Below, one piece after another: positions 35,198-45,877 of a stretch of DNA of 64,000 nucleotides. Under the pieces are notes generated by a model, which made no database searches, was not told the origin of the DNA, and saw nothing but the letters and a program-made list of their open reading frames with translations. The DNA lies in the NCBI GenBank assembly GCA_026395405.1, contig JAPLYU010000001.1:250865-314864 (forward strand), written 5' to 3'. The translations under genes and the position numbers were made by a program. Within the stretch, counting starts at the first letter, position 1. Each line of letters begins with the position of its first letter. The DNA is from Candidatus Saccharimonadota bacterium (GTDB lineage Bacteria; Patescibacteriota; Saccharimonadia; Saccharimonadales; Saccharimonadaceae).

Positions 35198-36463
35198 GTG
35201 CCCCGTTCTTGCGAGAAGATAAGACAAAGTAGGGTAGACGCCACTGTAGCAATGCAGTTCGGCGGGAGATTGAAAATTCGTAACCCGATCAAATTGAGAT
35301 TACCTCAAAAATCTGTTAACGCCAATAAACAGCAAACCCAGGCAAAAACTCGTCGTAGGACGAAGAGCTTGCTGAAACCATCCGTACTTGCTGTCTATGT
35401 TGGTATTTTTGTTGTTATTATTGCTTTTGTTTTTATCGGTTATCATGAACCGAAAGATACTTCAACGGTGGCAAACGCCACCACTGTTACGTCTCCGACT
35501 AGTCAGATTGACCAAACCTCGGTTGATAATGTTGTTGCTACCAATGTTGCGGCAAGCGTTGCTAGTGCGGCTAATTTGCCTATCGCTACGTCTGTTTCCA
35601 ATATGGCAGTATCAGCTCGGGCTAAAAGCCAATTCTTGCAGTCAGACAGTCAGGGCCAGGGAACAACTAAACCGCAACTTGTTGGTTCGGACACGTCAAC
35701 TAAACGTGATGTCATCAGTTATACGGTTAAAGCTGGCGATACGGTCGGCGCAATTGCTGCGCAATTTGGCATAACAAGTCAAACTATCAAATGGGCGAAC
35801 AATTTAACGTCAGATACGCCAACGGTTGGTTCACAACTGCGAATACTCCCTGTTGACGGTGTTCTTTATTCTGTTAAATCGGGCGATACGATTGATTCAA
35901 TCGCTACGAAATATGCGGTCGACAAAGCGCGCTTGATTTTGTATAACGACCTTGACATGAGTGGTCTGCAACCTAACACCAGTATTATTTTGCCAAGTGC
36001 GGTACTACCTGGAAACGAGCGTCCCGGATATGTTGCACCAGTAATTGCGACTGCGAATAATGACTACAACGTATTTTACGGTGTTTCTGGAACTGGTTTT
36101 GGCGGATCAACCTGGAGGATTGGCGTAGGAACTCCTGACAACGGACTTTATGCTCACGGCAACTGTACACTTTACGCCTACAACCGCAGGAAAGCCCTTG
36201 GCTTGCCTGTTGGCGATCACTGGGGAAATGCCGGTACGTGGGCACCAATGGCTGCATCGGAAGGCTATGTTGTTAATCACTCCCCCGGTGTCGGAGCAAT
36301 TATGGCTGACTACGGCCATGTTGCAATCGTTGAATCCTTGTTGCCAAACGGGGATATCAGTATCAGCGAGATGAACGCATATGTTTCTGGTGGCGGATAT
36401 AATATCGTTTCAGGACGTATAGTTATCGCCGGAAACACTGGCCAATACTGGTACATTCACTAA
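35198..36463 (+). CDS. secreted peptidoglycan hydrolase: TM anchor, 2x LysM, C-terminal CHAP domain
   Basis: LysM repeats (YTVKAGDTVGAIAAQFGI..., YSVKSGDTIDSIATKYAV...). CHAP Cys/His region GNCTLYAYNRR...GHVAIVE. The start is uncertain: GTG at 35198 or ATG at 35252. Confidence 0.8.
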   Translation: MPRSCEKIRQSRVDATVAMQFGGRLKIRNPIKLRLPQKSVNANKQQTQAKTRRRTKSLLKPSVLAVYVGIFVVIIAFVFIGYHEPKDTSTVANATTVTSPTSQIDQTSVDNVVATNVAASVASAANLPIATSVSNMAVSARAKSQFLQSDSQGQGTTKPQLVGSDTSTKRDVISYTVKAGDTVGAIAAQFGITSQTIKWANNLTSDTPTVGSQLRILPVDGVLYSVKSGDTIDSIATKYAVDKARLILYNDLDMSGLQPNTSIILPSAVLPGNERPGYVAPVIATANNDYNVFYGVSGTGFGGSTWRIGVGTPDNGLYAHGNCTLYAYNRRKALGLPVGDHWGNAGTWAPMAASEGYVVNHSPGVGAIMADYGHVAIVESLLPNGDISISEMNAYVSGGGYNIVSGRIVIAGNTGQYWYIH

Positions 36464-36483
36464 AATATACAATCTAATTACAA

Positions 36484-36513
36484 TAGTCGCCCCTGTTAAG
36501 TCAGGGGCGACTA
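36484..36513 (+). terminator. intrinsic terminator after the LysM-CHAP gene
   Basis: tagtcgcccctg / caggggcgacta 12-bp stem with a 6-nt loop, followed by tgttatatt. Confidence 0.65.
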
Positions 36514-36531
36514 TGTTATATTGGTTACAAT

Positions 36532-37827
36532 ATGTTTGTCGATACCGCCAAAGTATTTATCAGCGCAGGAAAAGGCGGAGACGGAGCCGTCAATTTTCGG
36601 CATGAGATTTATGTCGAAAAGGGTGGCCCTGACGGTGGCGACGGAGGCAAGGGCGGAGATGTTATTTTTGTAGCAACCAGTGGTTTAAACACTCTGGTTG
36701 ATTTTCGATATAAACCTGAATTAAAAGCAAAACCCGGGGGTAACGGCACTAAACGCGACCGGCATGGCGCAGACGGTGAAAATTTAGAGGTAAAAGTTCC
36801 AATCGGGACAATTGTCAGGAAGAAAGACGAAATTATTGCAGACTTGGTGTCAGATGGGCAAAAAGTTGTTATTGCCAAAGGGGGCGATGGCGGATTCGGC
36901 AACGCTCACTTTAAATCGTCAGTTCGTCAAACCCCTCGAATTGCTGAAAAAGGCGAAAACGGTGAAACATTCGAAGCTACTCTGGAATTGAAGCTTTTGG
37001 CCGATGTTGGACTGGTCGGTTTTCCAAATGTTGGCAAATCGACGTTTCTATCTGTTGTCAGTAATGCTAGGCCGGAAATCGCAGATTATGACTTTACAAC
37101 CCTAACACCTAATTTAGGGGTTGCGGACGTTGATAACACCAGTATTTTGATTGCAGACATCCCAGGACTGATTGAGGGCGCCAGTGAGGGCAAAGGTTTG
37201 GGCGATGCGTTCTTGCGTCATGTTGAACGTACAGCTGTGCTGTTGCACCTGATAGACGCCTATACGGACGATATAGCTGGGGCGTACCAAACAATTCGTG
37301 CGGAACTGGCAAATTACAAGGTTGATTTGAAAGATAGGCCAGAAGTTGTTGCTTTGACAAAAATTGACGGTTTGGACGACGACATTGTCCAAATGCAGAT
37401 TGATGCCGTTAAGGAGGTGGCAGGTGAAACTCCGGTTTTTGCTATCTCATCGATTGCCCACCAGGGGTTAACCGAGCTTTTACGCACTCTTCGTAAAAAA
37501 GTCTTGGAATCTAGGGAGACAGTCGAACTAACTGATGAACCTGACGAAGAAATTGAAACAATATCACTTAGTCAGACCAAAACAGCTGACGCTTGGGAAG
37601 TGCAACAGATTGAAGATGAAGATGATGGCGTCATTATTTACAAGGTTACCGGTGAAAAAGTCGAAAAATTCGCCAGACGAACCGATTTTGGGAATTTCGA
37701 GGGCGTAAACCGCCTGCGCGATATCTTGAAAAAACTTGGGGTTTCCCACGAACTACACCGTCAAGGAGCCGAAGGTGACAGTATTATCCAAATTGGCGAC
37801 AATAAATTCACCTTTTTAGAACAATAA
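36532..37827 (+). CDS. obg: GTPase Obg/CgtA
   Basis: Gly-rich Obg fold GKGGDGAVNFR...GGPDGGDGGKGGDV. G1 GFPNVGKST, G3 DIPGLIEGA and G4 TKID motifs. Confidence 0.9.
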   Translation: MFVDTAKVFISAGKGGDGAVNFRHEIYVEKGGPDGGDGGKGGDVIFVATSGLNTLVDFRYKPELKAKPGGNGTKRDRHGADGENLEVKVPIGTIVRKKDEIIADLVSDGQKVVIAKGGDGGFGNAHFKSSVRQTPRIAEKGENGETFEATLELKLLADVGLVGFPNVGKSTFLSVVSNARPEIADYDFTTLTPNLGVADVDNTSILIADIPGLIEGASEGKGLGDAFLRHVERTAVLLHLIDAYTDDIAGAYQTIRAELANYKVDLKDRPEVVALTKIDGLDDDIVQMQIDAVKEVAGETPVFAISSIAHQGLTELLRTLRKKVLESRETVELTDEPDEEIETISLSQTKTADAWEVQQIEDEDDGVIIYKVTGEKVEKFARRTDFGNFEGVNRLRDILKKLGVSHELHRQGAEGDSIIQIGDNKFTFLEQ

Positions 37828-37846
37828 ACCCTAAAGACATCTAATT

Positions 37847-37899
37847 TTACATATTATAAAATAAAAGTCCCTTTTAGAAGGTCCGTCCTTCTAAAAGTT
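37847..37899 (+). repeat. about 53-nt intergenic repeat with 11-bp hairpin, copy 2 (after obg)
   Basis: Near-identical to 16926-16978. Confidence 0.7.
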
Positions 37900-37958
37900 G
37901 CGTTTTTCGTGCCATCAAGATTATACTAAAGCAATAAATAGGACTATTTTTGTAAAAA

Positions 37959-39041
37959 ATGAAAAAATTAAACCTTCACCATAAAAATTCAAAACGGTCA
38001 TCGGGTTTTACTATCCTAGAATTGATTATTGTAATAGTAATAATTGGTATTCTGGCGGCGGTGGTGATTGCTACATATATTGGTACCGTGCCGAGTGCAC
38101 GCGATGTAGGCGTCCAGTCGGATGTCGACACTATGGATGGACTCCAAACAAATTTCGGTACGAAAAACAATGTTTCCGGCAAGGTGTATTACGGCAGTGG
38201 CTATGACGCCTCCTTGGACTTTCAACCAAGTAGTGGCAACATTATAGACGTGGTCATCAATTCAACTGACTATTGCATTCGTGGATATAACCCAGCCGGG
38301 ACGAAAAATTCGATAACTAACTCATATATTAAAGAGTCGACGTCCGGTGTTTGCGGGATTCTTAGTCCTTCTGCAGCTGCTTACGCAGGCACACCGATTA
38401 AATTACCAGGCGATATCGCAGGATTAAAATTATGGTTGGATGCATCACAGATTACAGGAAAAAATAATAATGATACATTATCAACATGGTCTGATCTTAG
38501 CGGTAGTGGCAATAGTCTCACTCAAGGGACGGTAAGTAATTATCCAGTCTATAAGACGAATATCGTCAAAGGAAAGCCTGCGGTACATTTTGCCGCCGCA
38601 AGTGCGCAAACTATGACAGTTGCTACTAATTTCACAGCGCCAGTCACTGTAATTTACGTAGGTCGTCAATCGGGTGGCACTAACGGTCGTATGCTTTCTG
38701 GGATAAACAATAACTGGCTGTTGGGGTTTTGGGGTGCGTCAAGATCACAGGCGTATTTTGAGGGCTGGGTCTCACCGGTCGGTACACCCGGATCGGATAC
38801 AAATTGGCATATGTACAGTGCTGTAATAACCGGGGCTGGGACTAACACGAAAGTATACGCAGACAGGACTCTAGTTGGTAGCAACCAGGGCGGTTTACAA
38901 GGTCCAAACGGATTAACTCTGATGGGTGAGTACGGTGAAAATTCGGACGGAGATATTACTGAAGTTATCATATACAATTCAGCCATATCTGATGTCAATA
39001 GATCTGCCATTGAAGATTATCTGTCCAATAAGTATTTCTAG
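37959..39041 (+). CDS. type IV pilin-like protein fused to a LamG-like lectin domain
   Basis: Class III signal RSSG/FTILELIIVIVIIGILAAV. C-terminal LKLWLDAS...WSDLSGSGNSLTQ...YSAVITG...GDITEVIIYNSAISDVNRSAIEDYL. Confidence 0.8.
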   Translation: MKKLNLHHKNSKRSSGFTILELIIVIVIIGILAAVVIATYIGTVPSARDVGVQSDVDTMDGLQTNFGTKNNVSGKVYYGSGYDASLDFQPSSGNIIDVVINSTDYCIRGYNPAGTKNSITNSYIKESTSGVCGILSPSAAAYAGTPIKLPGDIAGLKLWLDASQITGKNNNDTLSTWSDLSGSGNSLTQGTVSNYPVYKTNIVKGKPAVHFAAASAQTMTVATNFTAPVTVIYVGRQSGGTNGRMLSGINNNWLLGFWGASRSQAYFEGWVSPVGTPGSDTNWHMYSAVITGAGTNTKVYADRTLVGSNQGGLQGPNGLTLMGEYGENSDGDITEVIIYNSAISDVNRSAIEDYLSNKYF

Positions 39042-39064
39042 TGTTTTTTTGTTATGCTTGAAGT

Positions 39065-40486
39065 ATGACCGAGACTTTCTTTTTTTACGACCTTGAAACT
39101 AGCGGTTTGAGTGGGCGTGAAGATCGCATCATGCAATTTGCCGGTATACGGACCGATTTGGAATTAAAACAAATTGGCGAACCTGTTAATGAATTTATTA
39201 AGTTAAATGACGATACTTTGCCCAGTCCCGAAGCCGTGATGGTTACAGGGATTACACCTCAGCAAACTCAGGATGAAGGTTATCGTGAAGCTGAGTTTTC
39301 AAAGAAATTAGCCAACGAAATATTCACCCCCCATACAATTGCGGTTGGCTTTAATAATATTCGTTTTGATGACGAGTTTATCCGCCATCTGTTTTGGCGA
39401 AACTTTTACGATTCATACGAATGGTCATGGAAAGATGGTCGTTCGCGGTGGGATATGTTGGATGTCGTTCGAATGACCCGGGCGCTTCGACCTGATGGGA
39501 TAAAATGGCCGGTTGATGACAAAGGCGTGGCCACTAACCGCCTAGAATCAATCGGCAAAATAAATGGGATTAATCATGTAAAAGCTCACGATGCCCTAAG
39601 TGACGTAGAGGCACTAATTGGGATAACCAAGCTTATTAAACAAAAGCAACCACAGCTTTTTGACTATTTATTTAAAATGCGTGACAAAAATGAAGTTAAA
39701 AAACTTGTTAATTTGGATAAAAAACAAACATTTGTCTATGTCAGCGGTCGTTATGATTCTGAGTTTAATAAAGCCACTGTCGCATTTCCACTTACGGCCG
39801 GAAAAAACGGCAATGTCATAGTGTACGATCTGCGATATGACCCGACACCCTTCATTAAGATGAATTCAAAAGAACTTGCCAAAAAAATGTTTGCAACTTG
39901 GGAGGAGCGTCAAGCTGACGATTTTGAAAAACTGCCAGTCAAAGAGCTGCAATACAATCGCGCTCCCGCAGTTGCACCAATCAGCGTTTTGGAGCAAGGG
40001 GATGGCTGGAAAAAAATAAGCCTTGAACTATCAGTAATCGATAAACATAAAAAAATATTATTGTCGGTACCGGGATTTGCCGAAAATATCCGTACGATTT
40101 TTGAAAATCGTGAAGAATACAAAAAATCAACAGACCCGGAATCGCAACTGTATGATGGATTCGTATCAGACGCTGACAAAATGCGCCTAGAGGCTGTCCG
40201 AAATGCTGGCGAAAATGATTTAGCTGATTTTCAACCGAATTTTGTTGACGAACGACTAAATCCGCTACTTTTACACTACAAAGCTCGTAATTTCCCAAAA
40301 AGCTTATCTGACGATGAAGCAACGCAGTGGGAAAAATGGCGTGCTGGACGGATTGCCAGCAAATTACCGGCTTATATGAACACTTTGCAAAAACTATCCA
40401 CGTCAGAAACAGACGAAAATAAACTCTTTATTTTACAAGAATTACACCTGTGGGCTGAAAGTATAATGCCCATTGATGCGGATTAA
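39065..40486 (+). CDS. sbcB: exodeoxyribonuclease I
   Basis: DEDD exo motifs FFFYDLETSG, GFNNIRFDDEF and HDALSD, followed by the SH3-like/helical ExoI C-terminal region. Confidence 0.8.
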   Translation: MTETFFFYDLETSGLSGREDRIMQFAGIRTDLELKQIGEPVNEFIKLNDDTLPSPEAVMVTGITPQQTQDEGYREAEFSKKLANEIFTPHTIAVGFNNIRFDDEFIRHLFWRNFYDSYEWSWKDGRSRWDMLDVVRMTRALRPDGIKWPVDDKGVATNRLESIGKINGINHVKAHDALSDVEALIGITKLIKQKQPQLFDYLFKMRDKNEVKKLVNLDKKQTFVYVSGRYDSEFNKATVAFPLTAGKNGNVIVYDLRYDPTPFIKMNSKELAKKMFATWEERQADDFEKLPVKELQYNRAPAVAPISVLEQGDGWKKISLELSVIDKHKKILLSVPGFAENIRTIFENREEYKKSTDPESQLYDGFVSDADKMRLEAVRNAGENDLADFQPNFVDERLNPLLLHYKARNFPKSLSDDEATQWEKWRAGRIASKLPAYMNTLQKLSTSETDENKLFILQELHLWAESIMPIDAD

Positions 40487-40816
40487 TTAAACCCGTTTTA
40501 GCTTTCTGGTTTTTGCTTTGCTTTGCTTGGCAATAAGCAAATTGATTTTGATAAGCAATTCTGGTTTGAATCGGATGACGACGATACCGGCTGCAATTAC
40601 GTATAGTATTAACATTTCTTCGGGTGTAAGTTGCAAATTTGTTCCAGGAATAATTCCAGCGAAAAAGAACATCATTAAAGCATATCCAAAGTGAATCGAA
40701 TCCAGGATGATTAACAAGCTGGAAATCAAGAAAAACACCGTCAAATACTTTCTCATATATATTTGAAAGCATAACTCCAAAAAGTTACTAATGCAACCAT
40801 AAACGTAATATGTCAA
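40487..40816 (-). CDS. hypothetical small membrane protein
   Basis: ORF with 3 hydrophobic helices and a Lys-rich tail. The true start may be the internal MRKYL at about 40756. Confidence 0.4.
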   Translation of the reverse strand: MTYYVYGCISNFLELCFQIYMRKYLTVFFLISSLLIILDSIHFGYALMMFFFAGIIPGTNLQLTPEEMLILYVIAAGIVVIRFKPELLIKINLLIAKQSKAKTRKLKRV

Positions 40817-40873
40817 ACTATTTGGCGTCTAGCACTGGAAAAAAGTGCCAAAACGGCGTATAATGGTCGGGTT

Positions 40874-43687
40874 ATGCCAGAGGTGATAAAAGTAACAGGC
40901 GCGCGCGAGCACAACCTGAAAAATATTAATGTTGATATTCCACGCGATAAATTCGTGGTTATTACTGGATTGTCCGGTTCGGGAAAATCTTCACTGGCAT
41001 TTGATACTATTTATGCCGAAGGCCAACGTCGTTATGTCGAAAGTTTATCCAGTTATGCCCGTCAATTTTTGGGATTAATGGAAAAGCCCGATGTTGACCA
41101 AATTACAGGTCTAAGCCCGGCTATTAGTATTGATCAAAAATCAACCAGTCATAATCCCCGCAGTACAGTCGCAACAGTAACGGAAGTTTACGATTATTTG
41201 CGCTTATTATTCGCACGGATAGGCGTTCCACACTGTCCAATTTGCGGTAAACCGGTAACTCGTCGGACCAGCGAAACTATTATCGATGAAATTATGAAAC
41301 TGCCTGACGGTGCGAAACTGATGATTTTGGCACCAATTGTTAAGGACAAAAAAGGCGAGTTTGCCCATATTCCCGAACAATTTAGTCGCCAAGGTTTTGC
41401 CCGAGCGCGGGTTGACGGCGTCGTTTATGCCCTGGATGAATTTCCGGTTTTGGATAAAAACTACAAACACAACATCGAAATTGTTGTCGATAGGGTTGCT
41501 ATGTCACCTGATATGCTGGGACGTGTTACGCAATCTGTCGAGCAAACCTTGGATATAGCGGATGGATTAATTGAAGTAATAAACACAGACAACCAAACAC
41601 TTACGGCGTATAGCCAGCGCTATGCTTGTCTGGACCACCCAAACGAAGATATCCCGGAACTTGAACCACGACTTTTTAGTTTTAATGCGCCTCAGGGGGC
41701 ATGCCCTGTATGTACTGGGCTTGGCAACAGGCTAGAGGTTGATCCTGATTTAGTATTTAACCCAAACCTGACCATTTCCGAAGGTGCAATCCGTCCATAT
41801 AACCGGGTTAACAGCGATGCTTGGTATATGAAACGCTTGGCAGAAGTTGCCAAAGCGCATGGATTCAGCGTAAAAACCCCAGTTGGGCAATTGTCCAAAG
41901 GGGATCTCGACAAGGTACTATATGGAACGGGCGACCAAACATATAGCGTGCAACTTGGCAACGGTCGGATGTACGATTCGACTTACGAAGGAGTAATCCC
42001 AAATCTGGAACGACGCCACAAAGAGACGGATAGTGATTTTATTCGACGTGATATTGAACGATTCATGCGTGAACGACAGTGTAATACCTGCCATGGTGCT
42101 CGCCTGAAACCTGTAGTTTTAGCGGTTACGATTCACGATATGAACATAATGGATATTTGTAATCTAGATACCGATAACGCCCTCGAATTGTTTAAAAGCG
42201 GATTAAAACTAAACGATCAGGAAAAATTCATTGCAACCCAGATTATCAAAGAAATTATCGCCAGACTAAGTTTTATGAATAACGTCGGGTTGAACTATCT
42301 GGAACTTGGGCGTGCAGCCAATACTCTGTCGGGCGGCGAAGCTCAGCGAATTCGATTAGCAACACAAATTGGTTCGGGGCTTCAGGGAGTTCTGTATGTT
42401 TTGGATGAACCTTCAATCGGATTGCACCAACGTGATAATCACAGATTAATCGGCACCTTAAAGCATCTTCGCGACCTGGGCAACACCGTAATAGTAGTTG
42501 AACACGATGACGATACGATTCGAAATGCCGATTATTTGTTGGATATTGGTCCAGGGGCTGGGGTTGCAGGTGGACATGTTGTGGCCGCAGGTACTCCGGA
42601 CGAAGTCGCAAAAAACAAGGACAGCATCACAGGGCGATATCTGGCTAGACTAGAAAAAATCGATTCTCCAAAAAAGCGTCGAACTGTTATCAAAGATAAG
42701 GCATTAGTTATTCGTGGCGCCAAGGAAAATAACTTAAAAAATATCGACGTATCATTCCCACTGAATGTCTTAACGGTCGTGAGTGGCGTCAGTGGCAGTG
42801 GTAAATCGACCTTAGTAAACGACATTTTAGCCAAAGAACTATCAGCCAGACTGCACCGTTCGCATGTTGTTCCCGGGTCTCATGAAAACATTGAGGGAAT
42901 AAATTTACTGGATAAAGTAATTGTCATCGACCAATCGGCAATTGGACGGACTCCACGTTCGAATCCAGCAACCTATACTGGAGTATTCACTGCAATTCGC
43001 GATTTATTTGCATCGACGCCTGAATCGAATATTCGCGGTTATAAATCTGGTCGGTTTAGTTTTAATGTCAAGGGCGGACGCTGTGAAAATTGTCATGGCG
43101 ACGGTGTAATTAAAATCGAAATGCACTTTTTACCTGACGTTTATGTAACCTGCGATGTCTGCAAGGGCAAACGCTATAATCGCGAGGCGCTTGAAATAAA
43201 ATACAAGGGGGCAACAATTAGTGACGTTCTGGATATGACCGTAGAACAATCTGCCAAGTTTTTCGAAAATATTCCGGCTATTGCCAGGAAACTAAATACT
43301 CTAGTCGAAGTGGGTCTGGGCTATATTCGGCTTGGCCAACCAGCCACGACATTTAGTGGTGGTGAAGCTCAGCGTATCAAACTTGCAACCGAATTATCGC
43401 GTCGTGCAACTGGAAAAACACTCTATATTTTGGACGAACCAACTACTGGACTGCATACCGACGACGTTAAACGATTGTTGGTAATTTTGCAAAAACTGGT
43501 TTCCAGTGGAAATAGTATGGTGATAATTGAGCATAATCTAGACGTTATCAAAACAGCTGATTACATCATAGACATGGGACCTGAAGGTGGCCAAGGCGGT
43601 GGAAATATTGTAGCTGCCGGAACCCCCGAGCAAGTCGCCAAAGTTAACGATTCGTTTACGGGTCAATATCTTAAAAAAATAGTTTAA
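40874..43687 (+). CDS. uvrA: excinuclease ABC subunit A
   Basis: Two ABC modules ([18 protein letters not shown], two LSGGEAQR signatures) and Zn-finger Cys clusters. Confidence 0.95.
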   Translation: MPEVIKVTGAREHNLKNINVDIPRDKFVVITGLSGSGKSSLAFDTIYAEGQRRYVESLSSYARQFLGLMEKPDVDQITGLSPAISIDQKSTSHNPRSTVATVTEVYDYLRLLFARIGVPHCPICGKPVTRRTSETIIDEIMKLPDGAKLMILAPIVKDKKGEFAHIPEQFSRQGFARARVDGVVYALDEFPVLDKNYKHNIEIVVDRVAMSPDMLGRVTQSVEQTLDIADGLIEVINTDNQTLTAYSQRYACLDHPNEDIPELEPRLFSFNAPQGACPVCTGLGNRLEVDPDLVFNPNLTISEGAIRPYNRVNSDAWYMKRLAEVAKAHGFSVKTPVGQLSKGDLDKVLYGTGDQTYSVQLGNGRMYDSTYEGVIPNLERRHKETDSDFIRRDIERFMRERQCNTCHGARLKPVVLAVTIHDMNIMDICNLDTDNALELFKSGLKLNDQEKFIATQIIKEIIARLSFMNNVGLNYLELGRAANTLSGGEAQRIRLATQIGSGLQGVLYVLDEPSIGLHQRDNHRLIGTLKHLRDLGNTVIVVEHDDDTIRNADYLLDIGPGAGVAGGHVVAAGTPDEVAKNKDSITGRYLARLEKIDSPKKRRTVIKDKALVIRGAKENNLKNIDVSFPLNVLTVVSGVSGSGKSTLVNDILAKELSARLHRSHVVPGSHENIEGINLLDKVIVIDQSAIGRTPRSNPATYTGVFTAIRDLFASTPESNIRGYKSGRFSFNVKGGRCENCHGDGVIKIEMHFLPDVYVTCDVCKGKRYNREALEIKYKGATISDVLDMTVEQSAKFFENIPAIARKLNTLVEVGLGYIRLGQPATTFSGGEAQRIKLATELSRRATGKTLYILDEPTTGLHTDDVKRLLVILQKLVSSGNSMVIIEHNLDVIKTADYIIDMGPEGGQGGGNIVAAGTPEQVAKVNDSFTGQYLKKIV

Positions 43688-44424
43688 ATTTTATACCGTT
43701 TTAAATATACCGAATCAACGGCTATTATTATTGCCAAAATAATGAGTGCAAGTCCGACTGAAGCGATGATATCTGTTAACCAGTGATAACCCAAATAGAG
43801 CCTACTAAGTGCGACTAAGGATGTTCCAATTACGGCAGTGGCAATCCATGCCCAGAATCTTTGCAAACTGTAGTTTCGTGAATATATTAAATACCCAACG
43901 ACCAGCAAAAATACGGCTATCCCAATCGTATGTCCGGACGGGAAGGAAAAGTCATATTCATACGTTGGAATCATATCGATTTGAGGTGGGCGACTGTCCA
44001 TAAAGTGCAACTTCAACAGAGTCGAGGTTGCAGCAGCAACCGCAACTGCACAGGCTAGAATTACCGGACGCCAAATTTCACGCCGCAACCCCATCCAGGC
44101 AAAAACAACCACAGCAGTAATGGATGCGAAAAAATAAGGATTTGCAATTGATGTGATAATCTTTGCCGAAACCGTAATACCATCAGCCCGATGGTTAATC
44201 ATCCATGTTAATATTGGTAGGTTTAAGGAACCAACCCCAACCGATTGCTTCATGCCAATATAAGCAACAATGAACACAATAATACCTAAAACAAGACAGG
44301 TTGTAGCAAGAACAGCCCGTCCTTTAAGTGAAAGTATTTTTTTTGAATTAGATGGTTCTGTCACGGATAATTCCAACCTATTTTTTTCGTTCAATAATTT
44401 TTCGCCACTCTTGTTTCGTTGCAT
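43684..44424 (-). CDS. PAP2-family phosphatase (membrane)
   Basis: Motifs KLHFMDSRP, PSGHT and SRLYLGYHWLTD, with 6 TM helices. Confidence 0.8.
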   Translation of the reverse strand: MQRNKSGEKLLNEKNRLELSVTEPSNSKKILSLKGRAVLATTCLVLGIIVFIVAYIGMKQSVGVGSLNLPILTWMINHRADGITVSAKIITSIANPYFFASITAVVVFAWMGLRREIWRPVILACAVAVAAATSTLLKLHFMDSRPPQIDMIPTYEYDFSFPSGHTIGIAVFLLVVGYLIYSRNYSLQRFWAWIATAVIGTSLVALSRLYLGYHWLTDIIASVGLALIILAIIIAVDSVYLKRYKI

Positions 44425-45073
44425 TCCAAATAGCTTGTCGTTGACTTTTGTTTTTCAAAAGTTGGTAAATTGCAGGTGAAATCGATACTATTAAAATTAA
44501 TGCGACAATTGGCAGAATAACCGTATCAACATCCAACCCCATGTTTTCCAGTAGTTTACCCAAATAAAATCCCAAATAAGTTATACCAGCGACCCAGATA
44601 AAGCCACCGATGATGTTGTATATCATAAAGGTTTTATATTTCATTTTTGCAACGCCTGCAATCAACGGTACGAATGTACGAACAACTGGGATAAATCTGG
44701 CTAGAATTATTGTTTTACCACCATGTTTATCGTAAAAGTCCTGGGCTTTTTGAACATTTTCTTGTTTGAACAACCGAGAATTTGGTCGTTTAAATAGTGT
44801 TGGACCAATTTTTCTACCAAACAAATAGCCAACATTGGCGCCCAAAACCGCAGCAACCCATAACAACAGGATTACAAGCTCAATATTTAAATCAAGTTTA
44901 AAATGCGACGTTCCCTGTATAAGTAAACCAAGTGTAAATAGAACACTGTCACCAGGGAAGAAAAAACCGATTAATAGTCCGTTTTCAGCAAAAATAATTG
45001 CCGCCACTACAATAAGTACAGCTATTGGTCCGGCTGTCTGAGCGAACTGAACCAGGTCAAATCCAGGAATCAT
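44378..45073 (-). CDS. DedA/SNARE-associated family membrane protein
   Basis: FFPGDSVLF and ARFIPVVRTFVPLIAGVAKMKYKTF motifs. Confidence 0.8.
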   Translation of the reverse strand: MIPGFDLVQFAQTAGPIAVLIVVAAIIFAENGLLIGFFFPGDSVLFTLGLLIQGTSHFKLDLNIELVILLLWVAAVLGANVGYLFGRKIGPTLFKRPNSRLFKQENVQKAQDFYDKHGGKTIILARFIPVVRTFVPLIAGVAKMKYKTFMIYNIIGGFIWVAGITYLGFYLGKLLENMGLDVDTVILPIVALILIVSISPAIYQLLKNKSQRQAIWNATKQEWRKIIERKK

Positions 45074-45156
45074 ACTTTAAACATTTTATCATGTCGCCAC
45101 AGAATGTTATACTAGTAGACAGTAGTTATCATTTAATGACAGAGATAGGATAAAAG

Positions 45157-45876
45157 GTGAGTTACATTTCATTGAAATTAGAAGAACGAACGGCCGAAGG
45201 TAAGAAACTAGCTAAATTACGAAACAATGGTTTGATACCAAGTGTTATTTACGGTGGTCAAGATCAACCGATTATGACGCAATCCAAACAGGTTGAAACA
45301 TCAAAAGTTGTTCATACAGCCGGGCGGCACACTCCAATCAGCTTGACTTTGGATGGCAAGAAAAAACTGGTCATAATCAAGAGTATTGATATGGATCCGG
45401 TAAAGCACGTACTGAGGCATATTGCGTTTCATACGATTAAACAATCAGACATAATTACAACCGAAGTTCCAATTGTCTTGATTGGACAAGGTGAAAGCGC
45501 CGCTGAACGTGCCGGACTAGTTATTTTGCAAGCAATCGAGCATGTTGAAATCAAAGCAAAACCAGCTGATTTGCCAGATTCATTAGAAATCTCGATTCAT
45601 GACCTAGAAACAACCGAAGATAAAATATCCGTTGGTGATATTAAACTGCCCGAGGGTGTCGAATTTGCCGATGCCGACCAAGACTTGGAATTGATTATCG
45701 CCAACGTTTACGAACCGAGTGCACTGCAAGCTGCCAATGAAGCAGCCGGTGGCGAAGCCGAAGCCGAGGAAGAATCAGAAGTCCCTGTCGAAGGCGAGGT
45801 GGAATCCGCAGAATCCGACAAAACCGAAGCTGACAAATCCGAAGCTGACAAAAAATCTGACGAACACTCAAACTAA
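45157..45876 (+). CDS. rplY: ribosomal protein L25/general stress protein Ctc with acidic C-terminal extension
   Basis: R...GK....LR..GLIPSVIYG N-terminal signature and a two-domain Ctc layout. GTG start. Glu/Ala-rich tail. Confidence 0.75.
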   Translation: MSYISLKLEERTAEGKKLAKLRNNGLIPSVIYGGQDQPIMTQSKQVETSKVVHTAGRHTPISLTLDGKKKLVIIKSIDMDPVKHVLRHIAFHTIKQSDIITTEVPIVLIGQGESAAERAGLVILQAIEHVEIKAKPADLPDSLEISIHDLETTEDKISVGDIKLPEGVEFADADQDLELIIANVYEPSALQAANEAAGGEAEAEEESEVPVEGEVESAESDKTEADKSEADKKSDEHSN

Positions 45877-45877
45877 G

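Noticed and set aside
37532-37560. A second CUGAUGA ... GAA string that could have been another hammerhead (inside obg).
   Set aside because: No stem II hairpin lies between CUGAUGA and GAA, and there are no flanking stems I or III. It lies in a well-supported coding frame (TDEPDEE).
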